Source: Eledone cirrhosa (lineage: Eukaryota). Taken from it: DNA of 64,000 bases. Positions 25,137 to 39,832 of the stretch are shown piece after piece; positions within the stretch are counted from its first letter, which is position 1; each line of letters begins with the position of its first letter. The position numbers were made by a program, and so were the translations under genes. The DNA lies in contig OZ024743.1 in assembly GCA_964016885.1 (NCBI GenBank), forward strand, positions 334,862,001 through 334,926,000, read 5' to 3'. A model generated the notes under the pieces. The model did not search any database, was not told the DNA's origin, and saw only the letters and a program-made list of their open reading frames with translations.

Positions 25137-28100
25137 TTACAGACACATACTCAGAGTAGGCCCATTCACTCGGGCTATTCTTGCCTCTCTCACCCATCTT
25201 TCAACAAAATGCTGGGAAGAGAGCACTTCCCTTTCTACCCTGATATTCCTTTTCAAATGAAATTTGAAAAAGTTAATCAGGGCATCACCGAAGAGGTAAG
25301 TGCTCGTCTTCAGCCCTTTCAAACGTGTCCACCATACTATCTCTTTCACCATGGCCACCAGACAGATAAAAACTGCCTGCCCTTCCCGGCTAAAGGAAAT
25401 GGGCGGGTAAATCCTCACGATGGACTCAGCTGATAGCCGGATCCGTCCTACACGCGACAGCAGGTGTTCGACATAAACCCACAAGTCAGCAATGCTCGGA
25501 CACTGGACGAGTGCGTGCAGGACGGTTTCGTCGCCCTGCGCGCATCTCGGACATGCCGGTCTGACGGCACCTCCATGCCTGTAGAGGTTATCCCGAACTG
25601 GCAAAGCTCCTCGGTAGCACTGCCAGGCCAGGGATTTCTAGAAGTTGTCCATAGGCCTCGGCCCGAAAGTTCTTCCGAAGAGATTCGCTAGTTGATTTTC
25701 GTCGACACCTAGAGTTTCCGCAAGTACGTCGTCGCTCTTCCCCTCCACTAATCCTCTATAGAACGGCAAGGTGGAGGAGTTTCCACCGATCACATTGCCC
25801 GATTGGTCGAGGCCTGTGAGCGCCTGAAGACATTCCAGTCTCCAAGCGCTCCCTCTCGGTCTTCGCTTGACCCAGGACTGCATTTCCGTCAAGGAGACGA
25901 GCTGGGGAAAGACACGTCTAGCAAACGGAGACCACACCTGATCACCGTCGAGGAAGAGGTGCAGATGTCGTAGTCTGAGCGCGTGTCTGCGCATCATCAA
26001 CCACGGCATTCCCAGCCCTCCACGTAGCGGGTGTTGACAGCAGATGGACCGCCTGACCATCGGAGCGCGTCCCTTCCACAAAAAGCGAAAGAGCAAACGC
26101 TCCAGCGCAGTCAGGCGAGGCTGAGGACAAGGTACGACGGTCAGGCGGTAGTAGATGACGGACGCGATATACGCGTTAGCCACCTCCGCTCGACCTTTCA
26201 GGGATAGCTTCCTCTCGGCCCATTTCTGGGGGAAAGAGGCCACCCTGCTCGTCACCTCGTCCCAGATTTTGTCCGTTTGGAGATCCGGACCGAACCAGAC
26301 CACGAGCAATTTAACTGGTCTGTCCGTCCAGCGCCCGACTACGCTGTTGGACGGCATGGACCTGCCTCTCCAGGTGGCGAGCTGCAGGCCCACTGACATT
26401 TCCTGGTTGATCATTGCTCCTGTCACCGCTTCGTATTCTCTTAGTGTAGTACCGATCGCCTCGATGTGTTTGCCGTTCGACACCACTACGGTGACATCGT
26501 CTGCATATGCTGACACGGATCTTCCGCATCCTAGTTCGCGCGGACCCCCCCTCAACGTCTCCAGTTTGGGCAGTAATGGCTCGCGAGTCAATACGTACAA
26601 GAGGGACGAGAGAGGACATCCTTGGCGGACCGAGCGCATGATGTTGAACGGTTCCAAAAGGTGACCGTTCACTCTCACCACAAAGCAGATGTCGCTGTGC
26701 ATGGCAGCGATCCAGCCTCTGAAGACAGGCCCAAAGCCAGCCGCACTCAGGACTGCCGCTAGGTAACGATGGTCGACCCTATCGAAAGCTTTCGACTGAT
26801 CTAAATTGATCAAGGACCCACCCCTGCCAAGTTCCCTAGCTACCCTCTATACGATGTATCGCATGAGGTGGAGGTTGTCGTGGATGGATCTGTCGGGAAT
26901 GAAGCATGTCTGCGCCTCTCCCACCAGACCACCAACGACAAGCGCCAACCTCTTTGCTAGCACATTGGCCAAAATCTTGAACTCTCGGTTTAGCAGAGTT
27001 AGGGCCTAAAGTTATCTATGTTATCCCCCTTGTTCGGATCCTTTCTCAGCAGCGCCACAGCTCCTCGGCTCACAGAACTGGGAATTCTCCCGCTCTGTTG
27101 CCAGTTGCAGTAGACGTCCGCCAAGAGGCCTCCGAACAAGTCTGGCATCTGTACGTAAAGTTCATAGGGCAGACGAACCAAACCAGGCGATTTACCCCTT
27201 GTGCAGCCAGTCATTGCCTCCCGTACTTCAGCGGCTGTTATCGGCTTTTCGCAACACTCCGCCTCAGTGGCTGAGATCCGCGGCAGTCCGTCGAGGTAGA
27301 CACTAAAGTCCATCCCTCGATTCGGCCCGCCGCTGACCCCGAACAGCTGGGCGAAGTGTCGCTGGAAAGCTTCACACATTTGCCCGGGATCGAGTAGCAT
27401 GCGCCCGTCGTGGTCCACTAAAGACCGGATCGTGGCTTTGTTGCCACGACGCGCCTCCGCCACTCGGGCCCATTGAACGGCTTTCGTCCCCTCGTGTCTG
27501 AGAGTACGCACCCTAGCTCTGACAACGCAGCCTTGTGCTTTGCATTGAAGAAGTGGTCAAGAGCCAGTTTCGCCGCAAGTACGTCGTTGGCGATGCCTTT
27601 GCTAAGCGCCTCGTCTAATTTTCTAACCAATTATCCCTCTGCTCTATTTTTCTCTATTGTTGAAGCCTTACTAAACCTAATGGACTCTATTCTAATTGCT
27701 CTTTTCAGAGCAAACCACCACTTGTTGTTGACGATGTCCCCCGTCAACGCCCGCTTAACTAGTTCGCTAATCCGGTCTCTGTAGGCATTGCGCGCTGGTA
27801 AGGACGCGTTTAGCTTCCAGTAGCCAGGTCCTCGTCTATGAAGCATATCTAAGTCAAGCACACAGATCACGAATTTGTGGTCCGTGTGGCTGACTGTCTT
27901 GAATTGTGGACAGCCTATGCTAAACCTATCTATTTCCCTACAAATTACTCTATCTAGATATGATCTGGATGACCCTATGCGATTTGTCCAAGTCCACATT
28001 GGCAAATTCGGGAAATCCAATCGGTATCTCAGACAGTTCAAAACGCCTGAGCAGGTTGGTGAGGCTTTTGCTCCCTCCTCCCCTATCCGCTGATCCCACA

Positions 28101-28388
28101 CAGTCCCAGCGTGCATCTAAGATCCCGTTCCAGATGGCCCGTATGGCGAGATCCAAACCTCTCCGAAAAAAACACAGCAACTCCTTCCCCCGATCCCGCA
28201 CGGCTGGGAGATGCGTACACATCGTAGCCGCCGAAGATCGGTGCGAAGGCCCGTGCTTCGGAGATTCTGGTCTCGCTGATGGCCACTACATCTATGTTTA
28301 GTGACCTGAGGTCGTTGAGCAGGTGGCCCTGCTTCCATGACGACCCCAAGCCACGCGCATTTATGCAGCCTATTCTGAGTAAGGTCAT
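25137..28388 (-). pseudogene. L1/Tx1 ORF2: APE + RT + C-terminal CCHC finger, frameshifted
   Basis: CINARGL, ISETR, SYLDR, TDHK, GPGYWKLN, KSPG..LPYE.Y, NFRP, LDQSKAFDRVDH, RQGCPLS, AYADD, GGLG, CPRC...ETVLHAL..C. Confidence 0.9.
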
Positions 28389-28498
28389 GTTGAAATGGAG
28401 TGTAAAAGATGGGAAAGACCACTTACCTTACTTATCGTTGAGGAAGGATGGAGAAACCATCCTTTTCACTGCTTGTGGCCTCCTCCGGAAGGATGTCC

Positions 28499-30383
28499 TT
28501 ATAAATCCTCTTGGAGAGTGTTTGTCGGAAGTCTCCGATGTCTTTGGGCTAATTTTTGTTTTAGTGTCGTGTACGTTTTCTGTGTGATGCGAGTGATTTG
28601 TATGTGTGGAGGTTGTGTGAACGTTTGGGTTGTTGTGTAGTCTTTTTCTGTGATGCTGCTGTTGTGTTGGATGCAGTGTAATAATTGTTTGTTGTTCAAA
28701 TTTAATGCTGTGTGGTGTGTATCGTTTTGATTGTTTTGTTTTGTTTGCGTTTGTTGTGGGTTTGTTTCTGCTTCGCTTTTTGGTGACTTTTGTGGTGTTG
28801 GTGATGGTGGTGTTGGGGTTAATGATGGTGATGGTGTCGGTGTTTGTGGTGATGGGGTTGGTGATGCTGGTGTGGATGGTGGCATATCTGTCCTAACTTT
28901 TTTGTTTGATAGTTTATTTGTTTCCCTCTGTATTTTGTTTTTGGAGGGGAGGGAAGAAAATTTTATCTTTTTTGGTTTCTTTTTTTCTTTTTTCCTGGTA
29001 CCGTTTCCCACTCCTCGTCATCACAATCTGTCTCCAGTTGTGATAGGCCGGGGAGTGGAAAATCCTCCACAGGCGTTGGTTTTGGTTGTGGCGTGGTTGA
29101 TGATGTAGGCGCTGGTGCTAGTTCTGGCGCGTTGGGTGGTGGTGGTGTTGGTTTTGCTACTGTTGCTGGGGTTGTTGCTGTTACAGTCGGTTCTTTTGTT
29201 GCTGCTACAATTGTTGCTGCCATCTCTGCTGCTGGTGGTGTTGATGGTTGAGTCACTGGGGTGGTTAGGAGAGGTGGCCTCAACCTTTTAGCCTGAGGGC
29301 AGAAAGACCTTAGGTGGGTTTCTTCACCACAAACGACACACCTAGGCCTTCTGCCCTCGACAATTGCGGTGAGGTGGATGCCGTCAGTGAGGTCTATTAC
29401 CTCTGGGATCTCCTCAATGCTTTTTTGGTCCGCTTGGATCAGGAGCTCCATCCCTGATCCGGACCAGTTCTCCTGCTTTTCTTTCGCTAATCCGATTATC
29501 TTGGTGTTGGCTTCGATGCCGGCGAGGACGGCAGCTATTAGCCGGGGAATTTCGATGGCCGGTGGAACGTGGGTGACCCTGATCTTTACGAGTCTCTGGC
29601 CACAATAGCTTGGGACGAGTGTGAATTCGTCACTTCTTTATGGGGCCATGGAGTGTTCTCTAGCCTCCTGTGGTGTTTCAAAGAACACGTCCACGGTTCG
29701 ATATTTTTGCCCACGTCTGATGTGGGTTTTTTTGCCCACACATGTCCCAAAGCTTTTTGGATTTGGGACTCGGATGCCCGTTCCACTCGGCGCGATTTTA
29801 TATTAATTGTTCGATAAGACACGGTGCATAGGCGCCGATGCTCCATTTTATTAGGTAGGGGCCTGAGGCTGACCCTGTACCCATTTTTCTTTACCATTTT
29901 TTTGGCTTCTTCTAATTCCTCCTGAGCTACCTGAAATGCTTCGCACTGTTTTGCTACTCTGGAAAATCTCAGGGTGGTTTTCTTAATGTCATTGTTGTTG
30001 TTGTTGTTATTGTTATTTTTGTTATTATTAATTTTAGTTTCAGTTGGGGTGGTGGTGGCGTCAGTGGTGTTCGGTGTGGAAGAGTTCATTTTGGTTGAAT
30101 TCATTTCGATATCACGAGTTAATTTATTTTTTTCTTTTGTTTCTGTTGTCGCGGTGGTGGTGGGGGTGGTGGTTGTCGCGATGGTGGTGGTGGTGGCGGC
30201 TTTAACACCTGCAGTCATTGGTAATGGCGGGAAATGAATGTCTGCCTGAGACAAATTTAAAATATTGCTACTGCTTATATTTTTAGCGTTGTCAAACGTA
30301 GTAATATTTACAATGGTGGTATCGGTGTGAGGTGTTAGTTTGTGAGGAAGGCTGTCAGCTTCGTGTGGCTGTGAGTCATCCAT
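28499..30383 (-). pseudogene. L1/Tx1 ORF1 (gag-like zinc knuckle, Pro/Thr-rich), frameshifted
   Basis: VEGRRPRCVVCGEETHLRSFCP CCHC knuckle, WETV..KKKK, located directly upstream of ORF2. Confidence 0.75.
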
Positions 30384-30596
30384 TTTTTTTTCAAAGATAG
30401 TGTTTTTTGATAATTATAAAAGTTTAAATTTTGGGCTCAAGGCCCCAATCTTTTTGAGTGCCCTTTTCGGAAAACAATGTATGTGCACTTATATACAGTT
30501 AACAATAAACATTTTCCATAAATGGCAATTTTAAACAAACGAAAGCAACAAACCTTTGCGGAGCTCACGATGATACGATTTACTACGTAGGTCACC

Positions 30597-30640
<44 letters not shown>

Positions 30641-30641
<1 letters not shown>

Positions 30642-33600
30642 TGGCGGATAAAGATAAATGTCTAATAAAGTAAATGTCTAATGATAAAATCTCATACCGG
30701 ATAGGCCGTCACCCGGGTAAAAAAGGGCCGCGTCCCTCAGAGAGGAACCAGACTGGGGTCGAAAAATCAGCTAATGGTTCAAACCTTCCCATCACTTCGC
30801 AGCTGGAGACCTCCCATAACCGGAATACTCCTACTGTTGGCCCTCCATGCTCACCACCAAGAAATTCAAAGAAAAAGAGAGAAAAATGGTCAAGGGAAGA
30901 TAATAAAGAAGTCCTTGAGGCTTTCTACACTGCCATGTACTACCCATCAAATACATCGAATACAGAACAGACATATATCAACTGGAAAAGAAACATCCCG
31001 AAAACAGAGGTTATATTGACAGTAACAAACTATCCAATATACGAAGAAATATTGTAAGAAAAAAGTTACTAACTGATATAGAAATTGATCAGATCAAGCT
31101 ATTAGCACAAAGTCAGCGAAGGGAAAATGAAACATGTGTCAGTGAAAACGAGGTAAATTGTAACACTTCGAATCCCAGGGTTGGGGCGGAATCACTGACA
31201 ACAGAACAAATTAAAGAAAGGATCGAAAAAGTGGAGGGAGTGCATACTCAAGATGAAACTCCAAATGAAAACAATGAGATCGTAAATGATAAAGAAATGA
31301 ATGAGAATGAACTTGCCAACTTGAAGGATGAAATTATGATCGAATTGATGAAAATGAAAGAATCTGACATGGGGAAACGAGACACCCTCCCTAAGATCCA
31401 GAACTCCAAACAGAACCAAAAGATAATACACAAGACTAACATAATTATCAAAAATATTATCATCACAAACAAACTAAACATTACTGATTTAAATCATCTC
31501 TATTATGCATCGGCTAAAGTCACCACTCACTTATGTGGAGTGAAGATGAAAAAACAAAGGAATTCCCACAAGAATTCTACTTGGCAAGAGAACACCAATC
31601 GCCAAATAAACCTTCTCCGATCTGACATAGAAATTTTAAAAAACTATAAAGTAGGTGAACATGTTAAACAAACTAAACTTAGAAAATTGAAAAGAAAGTA
31701 CAGTATAAGATCAACATGTGACATAGGCATGCTGATAGAAATAATCAAGCAAAAAGTGTCGGCCAAAGCTGCTCGTATAAGGCGCTTTGAAAAACGATCT
31801 AGATTCTATAAGGACAATAATATGTTCAAAACCAGCCGAAGAAACTTCTACAGAAAAATTGGTAAGTCAACAATAACTGCTAAATCAATACCACCCAAGG
31901 AGGAAGTGCAAGAATTCTGGGAAAAGATCTGGGCCGAAGAAAAAGTTCATAATATACATGCCCCATGGATAGACAGACAAATAAAAGATACAGCTCACCT
32001 TGAGGAACAAATATGGGAAAATATAAAAGTTGAACAGTTGCGTTTGGCTCTAAGAAAAACCAGCAAATGGATATCCCCAGGAAAAGACAAAATACAAAAT
32101 GTTTGGATAAATGCCTTCACAGAGTCTCATGAGCTGTTAGCCCAACTTTACAATGAAATAGTTAAGGAGCCAGAAAAGATACCATCATGGCTAGTTAACG
32201 GCATTACATTCCTGCTTCCGAAGAATGATGAGACAAACAATCCCAAAAATTACAGACCGATAACTTGCTTGACCACAATGTATAACATTTTAACGTCAGT
32301 CCTAACTGAATATACATATGACCACCTGATAACAAATGACCTATTTCCCATTGAGCAGAAAGGGTGTAAATGAGGCTGTAAGGATCAGCTTTTGGTTAAC
32401 AAAATGATACTGGAAGATTTTCATAATAGACACAAAAATCTATCAATTGCTTGGATAGATTATAAAAAAGCATTCGATAGTTTGCCACACTGTTGGATTG
32501 AAAACTGTTTAGAGATTTTCAAAATATCCCCCGTTGTCAGGAGGTTTTTGTCATTCAGTATGAAGACATGGAAAACGACACTCCTTTTGAATAGTGAAAA
32601 AAAATCACTGGAAGCTGGAGAATGGCAGTATCGGTAGAGAGTCGGAAGCCATGCTTTCCAGCATAGTTACGTCCCTTTACGATCTGAGTTCAAATCCCGC
32701 CAAGGTTGACTTTGCCTTTCATCCTTACGGGGTCGATAAAATAAAGTACCAGTAATGCACTGGGTAATTTCTGGCCTTGTGCCTAAAGTAGAAACAATTA
32801 TTTGTGAAATTTTTCAGGGTGACTCTTTATCACCGCTTTTATTCTGCATCGCACCTATACCATTAAGTAAAATGCTCAATGAAACAAAACATGGATATAA
32901 AGTCTATGACAAAACCATTAATCACTTGTTCTACATGGATGACCTCTAACTATTTGCAAAAAAATGATGAACAATTGCAAGGGCTATTAACCACTGTGGA
33001 GCAGTTCAGTGATGACATTAAAATGGAGTTTGGACTAGATAAATGCGCCAAAGCAACGTTCACCAGAGGAAAGATTCTGAAAAGTTCAGACATTAATCTT
33101 GATCGAGGGAATGTGATAAGAGAACTTGATCAAGAGGAAACTTACAAATATCTAGGTGTTTGTGAAGGAGACGGAATCAAGCACTCGACAATGAGGGAAA
33201 GGATAAGGAAGGAATGTTACCGCAGAGTAAGAGCAATCTTAAGAACGGAATTGAATGCAAGGAATAGGATCGATGCCATAAACACGCTTGCCATACCAGT
33301 AGTAACCTACAGTTACAATGTCATCAACTGGTCAAGCACAGAGATCCGTAGGCTCGATACAAAAATTCGAAAATTCTTAACCATGCACAGAATGCATCAC
33401 CCTAAGGCAGATACAGATAGAATATATCTCCCTAGGAAAGAAGGAGGACGTGGGTTAATCCAGTTAGACATTGCGTTGAAAACTGCAACAATTGGATTAT
33501 CTACATATCTAAGGGAATCACATGATTGGATGATCAAACTCGTTTTGAAACACGAAAGCATCAACAGATCATACTCCATTACAAAAGATGCACAAAGATA

Positions 33601-34628
33601 CAGTAATGGACTACACATTTCAGAAGTCCCATTTACTGTTGAAATGGAAAACACAGAAAAAGCAAAGCAGGTAAAAGTAACTGCAAAGAAAGAACTGCTA
33701 CAGAAACTGGCTAAGAAATGGCAAGAAAATCCTCTGTATGGAAAATACCCAGAACGAGCTAACAATCTTGATGTTGACAAAACTTTAACCCATCAGTGGT
33801 TGGCATCCTCTGGACTGAAATCGGAGACTAAAGGACTGATTATATCAGCACAAGATCAGTGTCTGCCAACAAAAAATTACCAAGCCAACATAATAAAAAA
33901 TGGATGCAGCCCATTATGCCGTGTATGTAAAAAACAACCAGAGACCATTGACCATATAATTTCAATGTGCACTACTATAGCTCCAACCGAATACCTAAAC
34001 AGGCATGACAGAGCTGCACAATACATACATTGGATAATGTGTAAGAATTTTGACCTGCCCCATCAAAAGAATTGGTGGGAGCATCAACCACATCCCATAC
34101 TTGAAAAAGATCACATCTCAATCTTGTTGAACTTTAGCATCCAAACAGACCGAAAAATAGATGCAAATAGACCTGATATAATATTGAAGGACTTAAAAAA
34201 GAGGGTATGCCTGCTAATTGATATGTCCGTTCCAATAGACAAGAATGTATCTATAAAAACATTTGAAAATTGAGCAAGTATAAGGTCCTGGAGATAGAAA
34301 TTGGAAAAATGTGGAAATTGAGAACTAAAACAATACCAGTGATTGTAGGCGTTCTAGGAATGATACCTAAGGGGTCTAATGATTACTTATCGCAAATCCC
34401 AGGAAACCCGCGTATAGGAGAAATACAAAAGATAGTACTAATGGGAACTGCCCATATACTAAGGAAGATTCTGTCAATATAAGTACATCACAGGTCTAAA
34501 CACTAAAGATGCATGTGTGAGTATGTATGTTCTTTCTTGAACATGGCGGACCTTGTTGTCTCTTGAGGTCACTGGTTGTGACTTGGTGATAACTCGTATG
34601 AACATAAAACAAGATAAATGCAGCTGTA
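30641..34628 (+). mobile_element. R4/Dong-clade non-LTR retrotransposon 1 (RT + RLE), disrupted
   Basis: NYRPITCL, EQKGC, WIDYKKAFDS, FQGDSLSP, FYMDDL, YKYLG, GGRGL, CRVC..ETIDH..C, RHD, NRPD, KY..L; (TAA)n on both sides. Confidence 0.92.
32616..32802 (+). mobile_element. tRNA-derived SINE inserted in the Dong RT
   Basis: A box tggcagtatcgg, B box agttcaaatcc, gactttgcctttcatcc..ggggtcgataaaa..gtacc; interrupts the RT before IFQGDS. Confidence 0.75.
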
Positions 34629-35509
34629 ATAATAATAATAATAATAATAAAAGAAGAAGAAGAAGAAAACGCACATGGTGGATATATATCGCTCCCGTAA
34701 GTTTTTCGATTTTTACTTATTTAAAACAACTGTGATAGAATAATTCTTATTACAAATGATGTATAAGACTACAGTTTTTAACGCTCAGCAAGCCATAACG
34801 CATCACTTTATGGCATAGGGCCCCTGTATTTAATATTTAATTTTGGATCAGAAATGTTATAGTCGAAAAAGAGGAAAATGGCAAAATGGCTAAATAGCTA
34901 AATGGCTAAGTGGAGAGGCAGGCAAATAATTTCACTACCAACACCACAACTGCCACCATCACCACTTCCACGCCAAAAATTCTAGTCAAGTTATCTCAAC
35001 TTCTATTTCTACTTCAACTGCAACATCAACACCATCACTACAGTACTACGATCACATCACTACCACCACTACCTCATTATCGCTACCGCCGCTATTCTCT
35101 CCCACTACCTCCTGCTAAGTACTACTAGCACAGCACCACCACCACCACCACCACCACCACCACCACTGCCTCATTATCACCATCACCGCTATTCGCTCCC
35201 ACTACCTCCTGCTAAGACATGCATCGTAGTGTCCCCACTAAAAGAGGAAGGCATCAAAAGATATAAATAGACTGATTTGATGACCCGGTCAAAAAATCAA
35301 AAAACCCAAAATCAAAATCAAAACAGCACAGCAACAACGAAAAACGTAAAGAAAAGAAAAATGAAAAGAAAAACAAAGAGACAGACAGAGAAGGAAAAAA
35401 AAAAACTAAGTCAGACATTCAAAGATTACATTACAATGAAACTTATGCTTATTTTTTTGTTTTTTTTTTTATCTATGTGTTTGTTTGTTTATTTATGTTC
35501 GTCTACAGC

Positions 35510-38500
35510 GTAATAGTGCCACGCTAAAATCACCGGTGGTTATGTAACCATACATTCACCAATCCTCGACCTGGCTGTCAACCAAATACTGCTGGTGTCG
35601 GAGGAAGAAGAAGGAAAGGGACCAGAACCAATTGGACGAAAGAATTGAATAGAACTGTTATGCAATGTTACCTGAAGAATAACCCCAAGGAGAAAGGCTA
35701 TAGGAAACGGATGCATAACATCTGGAACGAGATTGGTCTATTTAAATTAGATGAACAAAAATTGGCCGGGCAGGCTCGGGTAATAAGAACTAATGGGTGG
35801 ATAAGCGAGCTGGAACTGGAGGAACTGAGCAGAGAGATTAGGTTGGAAATGGAGTGTGGATTATGCCAGGCAAACGAGCCAGTGGGAAATGAAGGTAAAG
35901 AGGTTGAGAGAACGGAGGAACCATCCGAAGCAGACAATGATCTGAATGCTGAAATAAATAATACATGGAACAAAGATACGGCCATTGAGGATATGAATGC
36001 TGACGGGCTAGGACAAGATTTGGTTGATATCCTAAACTTAGTGGTAGATGAATTGAACAATGATAGTGGGAAAACTATGAACCTAAGATTTGTAGTTAGT
36101 AAAAAGTTAAAAGAAACACCAGCTATGGTAAACAAAGTCATCCCATACCTTGAGGCGAGGAGCCTTCACCAGTGCAACAATATACTCAGAGCAACAGCAA
36201 ATGCGGTGAGGAAATTACTTGGCATAAAAGCGAGAGGAAACAACAAACAAGAAAGATCAGAACCTTGGTGGAAGAAACGACTGAGTGGTCAAATCAGAGA
36301 AATGAGAAATGACATTGGAAAGCTTGAGTCCTTACTGAATGGGACACTAAAAAACTTAGACACTAAAAATAGACTGGAAATAAAGTACAAAACTAGGAGG
36401 AAAAAGCTAAATATTATCATAGAGGAACTGAAGCAATGCATTGTAGCAAAGAGTGCAAAAATTAGGCGATACGAGAGGAGAGTCAGTCAGTATAGACAGA
36501 ACCGCATGTTTGACAACAAGCAGATGTTGTTGTTTGGACAGCTTGAAGGGAAAGAAAGAGGCAACGACTTGATCCCTGAGGCGGAACAAACTTAGACATT
36601 CTGGAGAGGAATATGGGAGCAGGATGTTAAACATAATGACCAGGCAGTGTGGATTGAGACAGTACAAAAGGAGATTAGTGAACAGGCACACCAACAAACT
36701 GATTTGAGTATCCCAGTTGAAACTCTTAAGGGGCAGGCCAGAAAACTAACCAACTGGAAATCACCAGGCCCAGATGGTGTGCAGGGGTATTGGATTGAAA
36801 ATATAACATCCCTCCACCCGAAACTGACAACCATGATCAATGACTGCTTGATGTCAGGTGAGGTACCAGAGTGGTTGACAAAAGGTACCACAGTTCTGGT
36901 AATGAAAGACCGAATCAAGGCTAATGATGTTACCAACTATAGACCTATCACATGTCTGTCCGTAATGTGGAAACTGTTGACAATCATTATGTCTGAGGAA
37001 AACTACCATCACTTCCACACAAACAACTTGTTACCGGACGAACAGAAAGGATGCCGAAAGAAGTCACGTGGTACAAAGGACGAGTTAATTATTGATAAGA
37101 TGGTAATGAGGAATTGCAAGTGCAAGAGGGGAAACACTGGTCTTGCCATGGAATGGATAGAATACAAAAAGGCCTTTGACATGATGCCTCATTCTTGGAT
37201 CACCAAAAGCCTAGTGATCTTCAAGGTGGCAGATAACATCAGACAGTTGTTGGGCAAATGTATGAAGTCCTGGAAAACAGAGTTAACATCAGCTGGAGAA
37301 TCCTTGGGAGGCGTGAAGATCAAGAGAGGTATCTTCCAGGGAGATAGTCTATCCCCTCTGTTGTTTGTCCTTGCGCTGTTGCCCCTGACCATTATACTGC
37401 GAAACGTGAGAGTAGGATACAAGTTGGGAAAGGGAGAGCTTACCATCAATAACCTCCTCTTCATGGACGATCTTAAGCTCTTCGGAAAGAGTGAGAAGGA
37501 GTTGGATGTGCTTGTTGACACTGTCCGTATTTTCAGCAATGATATATGTATGCAATTTGGTATTAGTAAGTGTGGAGTCCTTGTGATGAAGAGGGGTAAG
37601 TTGAGCAGAAGTAACGGAATCCAGGTACCAACAGGTGAGATGATAAAGGAGATTGACACTGAGGAGGGATACAAGTATTTGGGTGTTCTGGAGGTTGATG
37701 ACATCAAGAACAAAAAAATGAAGGAATTGATAAGATCTGAATATATTCGGTGAGTAAGGAGCGTATTAAAGTCACATCTGAACAGTAGGAATGCCATAAG
37801 TGCAGTAAATTCTCGAGCTGTGTCTATTATTAGCTACTGTGCGGGAATTCTGAGATGGAATGTCGCTGAACAAAACGAAATGGATAGGAAGACTAGGAAG
37901 CTATTGACTATCTACAACATGTTCCACAAGAGGAGTGATGTCGATAGAGTCTATTTAAGGAGATCTGAAGGTGGAAGGGGTCTTATCAGCATAGATGACT
38001 GTGTTCAGATGGAGAAAAACAACCTACACAAATACGTGACTGATAGTAAGGAGCCAATGCTCAGAATTGTACTGAAGGAGAGGACAATAGACCAGGGGAT
38101 GTCCAAGGAGGAAATAGCAACAACGAGAAAGAGCAGCCTTCATGAAAAATCCCTTCATAGTACCTTCTTTGAGAAAAGTGAATTCAGAGATCCACAGACA
38201 TGGAACTGGTTGAAAAGAGGAGACCTTAAAAAGGATACAGAAGGAATGCTAATGGCTGCGCAAGAGCAGGCCCTCAAAAAGGAGTGGTTGAAACACCATA
38301 TTTACAAGAAGGATGCTAGCCCACTGTGCAGGATCTATGGAGAGAGAGATGAGACTGTGGCTCACATTGTATCCGAGTGTAAACACCTAGCCCAGACTCA
38401 CTATAAAGGCTGGAGACATGATGTGATTGGCAGGGTGATCCACTGGCATCTATGCAAAGTAAACAATTTACCACATTCTGAGAAATGGTATGAGCAACGA

Positions 38501-38952
38501 TCAGGTGAAGGTGCTGCGGGATTTTAGGATACAGACGGACAAGAAACTGGAACACAATAGACCTGTGCTGGTGGTTTTGGACAAGAAAAAAAGATCGTGC
38601 CTGATTGTGGATGTGGCCTGCCCATTCGACACGGGAGTGCAAGAGAAGGAGAGGGAGAAAATTAACCGATACCAGGACTTAAAATGGGAGGTAAAAAGGA
38701 TTTGGAACTGCCATGAAGTCAAAGTGGTCCCGATTGTCATGGGCGCACTAGGTACTATCTCAACAAGTTTCCCGGGATGGTTAAAGAAAATTGGCCCCGC
38801 CACGCTTTTTGGAACACTTCAAAAGGCATGCTTGCTGGGAACAGCAAGAACCCTCCGATACGATCTAAATATCTGAGGCTGCAGGTAGTGGCTTGATATT
38901 CATTTCAACAAACTTTCCAGTTAACTAACATCAATGACTGAGACTCAAAGAA
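35510..38952 (+). mobile_element. R4/Dong-clade non-LTR retrotransposon 2, disrupted
   Basis: N-terminal VMQCY..GYRKRM..W, WKSPGPDG, GIFQGDSLSP, LFMDDLKL, RHD, NRP, EK..RYQDL; followed by (AAT)n. Confidence 0.92.
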
Positions 38953-38953
38953 C

Positions 38954-38993
<40 letters not shown>

Positions 38994-38994
<1 letters not shown>

Positions 38995-39832
38995 GCCTTA
39001 AGGGAAAATCCCTTCATAGTACCTTCTTTGAGAAAACTGAATTTAGAGATCCACAGACATGGAACTGGTTGAGAAGAGGAGACCTCAAAAAGGCTACAGA
39101 AGGAATGCTAATGGCTGCGCAGGAGCAGGTCCTCAAAACGAAGTGGTTGAAGCACCATATCTACAAGGAGGAGGCTAGCCCACTGTGCAGGATCTGTGGA
39201 GAGAGAGAGGAGACTGTGGCTCACATTGTGTCCGAGTGTAAACACCTAGCCCAGACCCACTATAAGGGCTGGAGACACGATGTGATGGGCAGGGTGATCC
39301 ACTGGCACCTGTGCAAAGTAAACAATCTACCACATTCTGAGAAATGGTATGAGCATAGGCCAGAGGCGGTGATGGAGAACAGTCAGGTGAAGGTGCTGTG
39401 GGATTTTAGGATACAGACGGACAAAAAACTGGAACACAATAGACCTGACCTGGTGGTTGTGGACAAAGAAAAAAGATCGTGCCTGATTGTGGATGTGGCC
39501 TGCCCGTTCGACACGAGAGTGCAAGAGAAGGAGAGGGAGAAAATTAACCGATACCAGGACCTAAAGTGGGAGGTGAAAAGGATTTGGAACTGCCATGAAG
39601 TCAAAGTGATCCCGATTGTCATAGGCGCACTGGGGACTATCTCCAAAGGTTTCCAGGGATGGTTAAAGAAAATCGGCCCCTTCACGCTTTTTGGAACGCT
39701 TCAAAAGGTATGCTTGCTTGGAACGGCAAGAACCCTCCGATACGTCCTGAATATCTGAGGCTGCAGGTAGTGGCTTGATATTCAATCCAACGGACTTTCC
39801 AGTTAACCAACATCAATGACTGAGATTCAAGG
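38994..39832 (+). mobile_element. 5'-truncated Dong copy inserted in the (TAA)n tail of element 2
   Basis: Diverged homolog of 38135-38950 with an open zinc knuckle + RLE frame (WDFRIQTD..NRPD); ends in (AAT)n. Confidence 0.9.

Larger units (their letters stand above)
24897..30597 (-). mobile_element. Near full-length L1/Tx1-clade LINE flanked by (AAT)n
   Basis: ORF1 + ORF2 layout; aataaa followed by (att)n at the 3' end on the minus strand; (AAT)n also abuts the 5' end. Confidence 0.88.
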
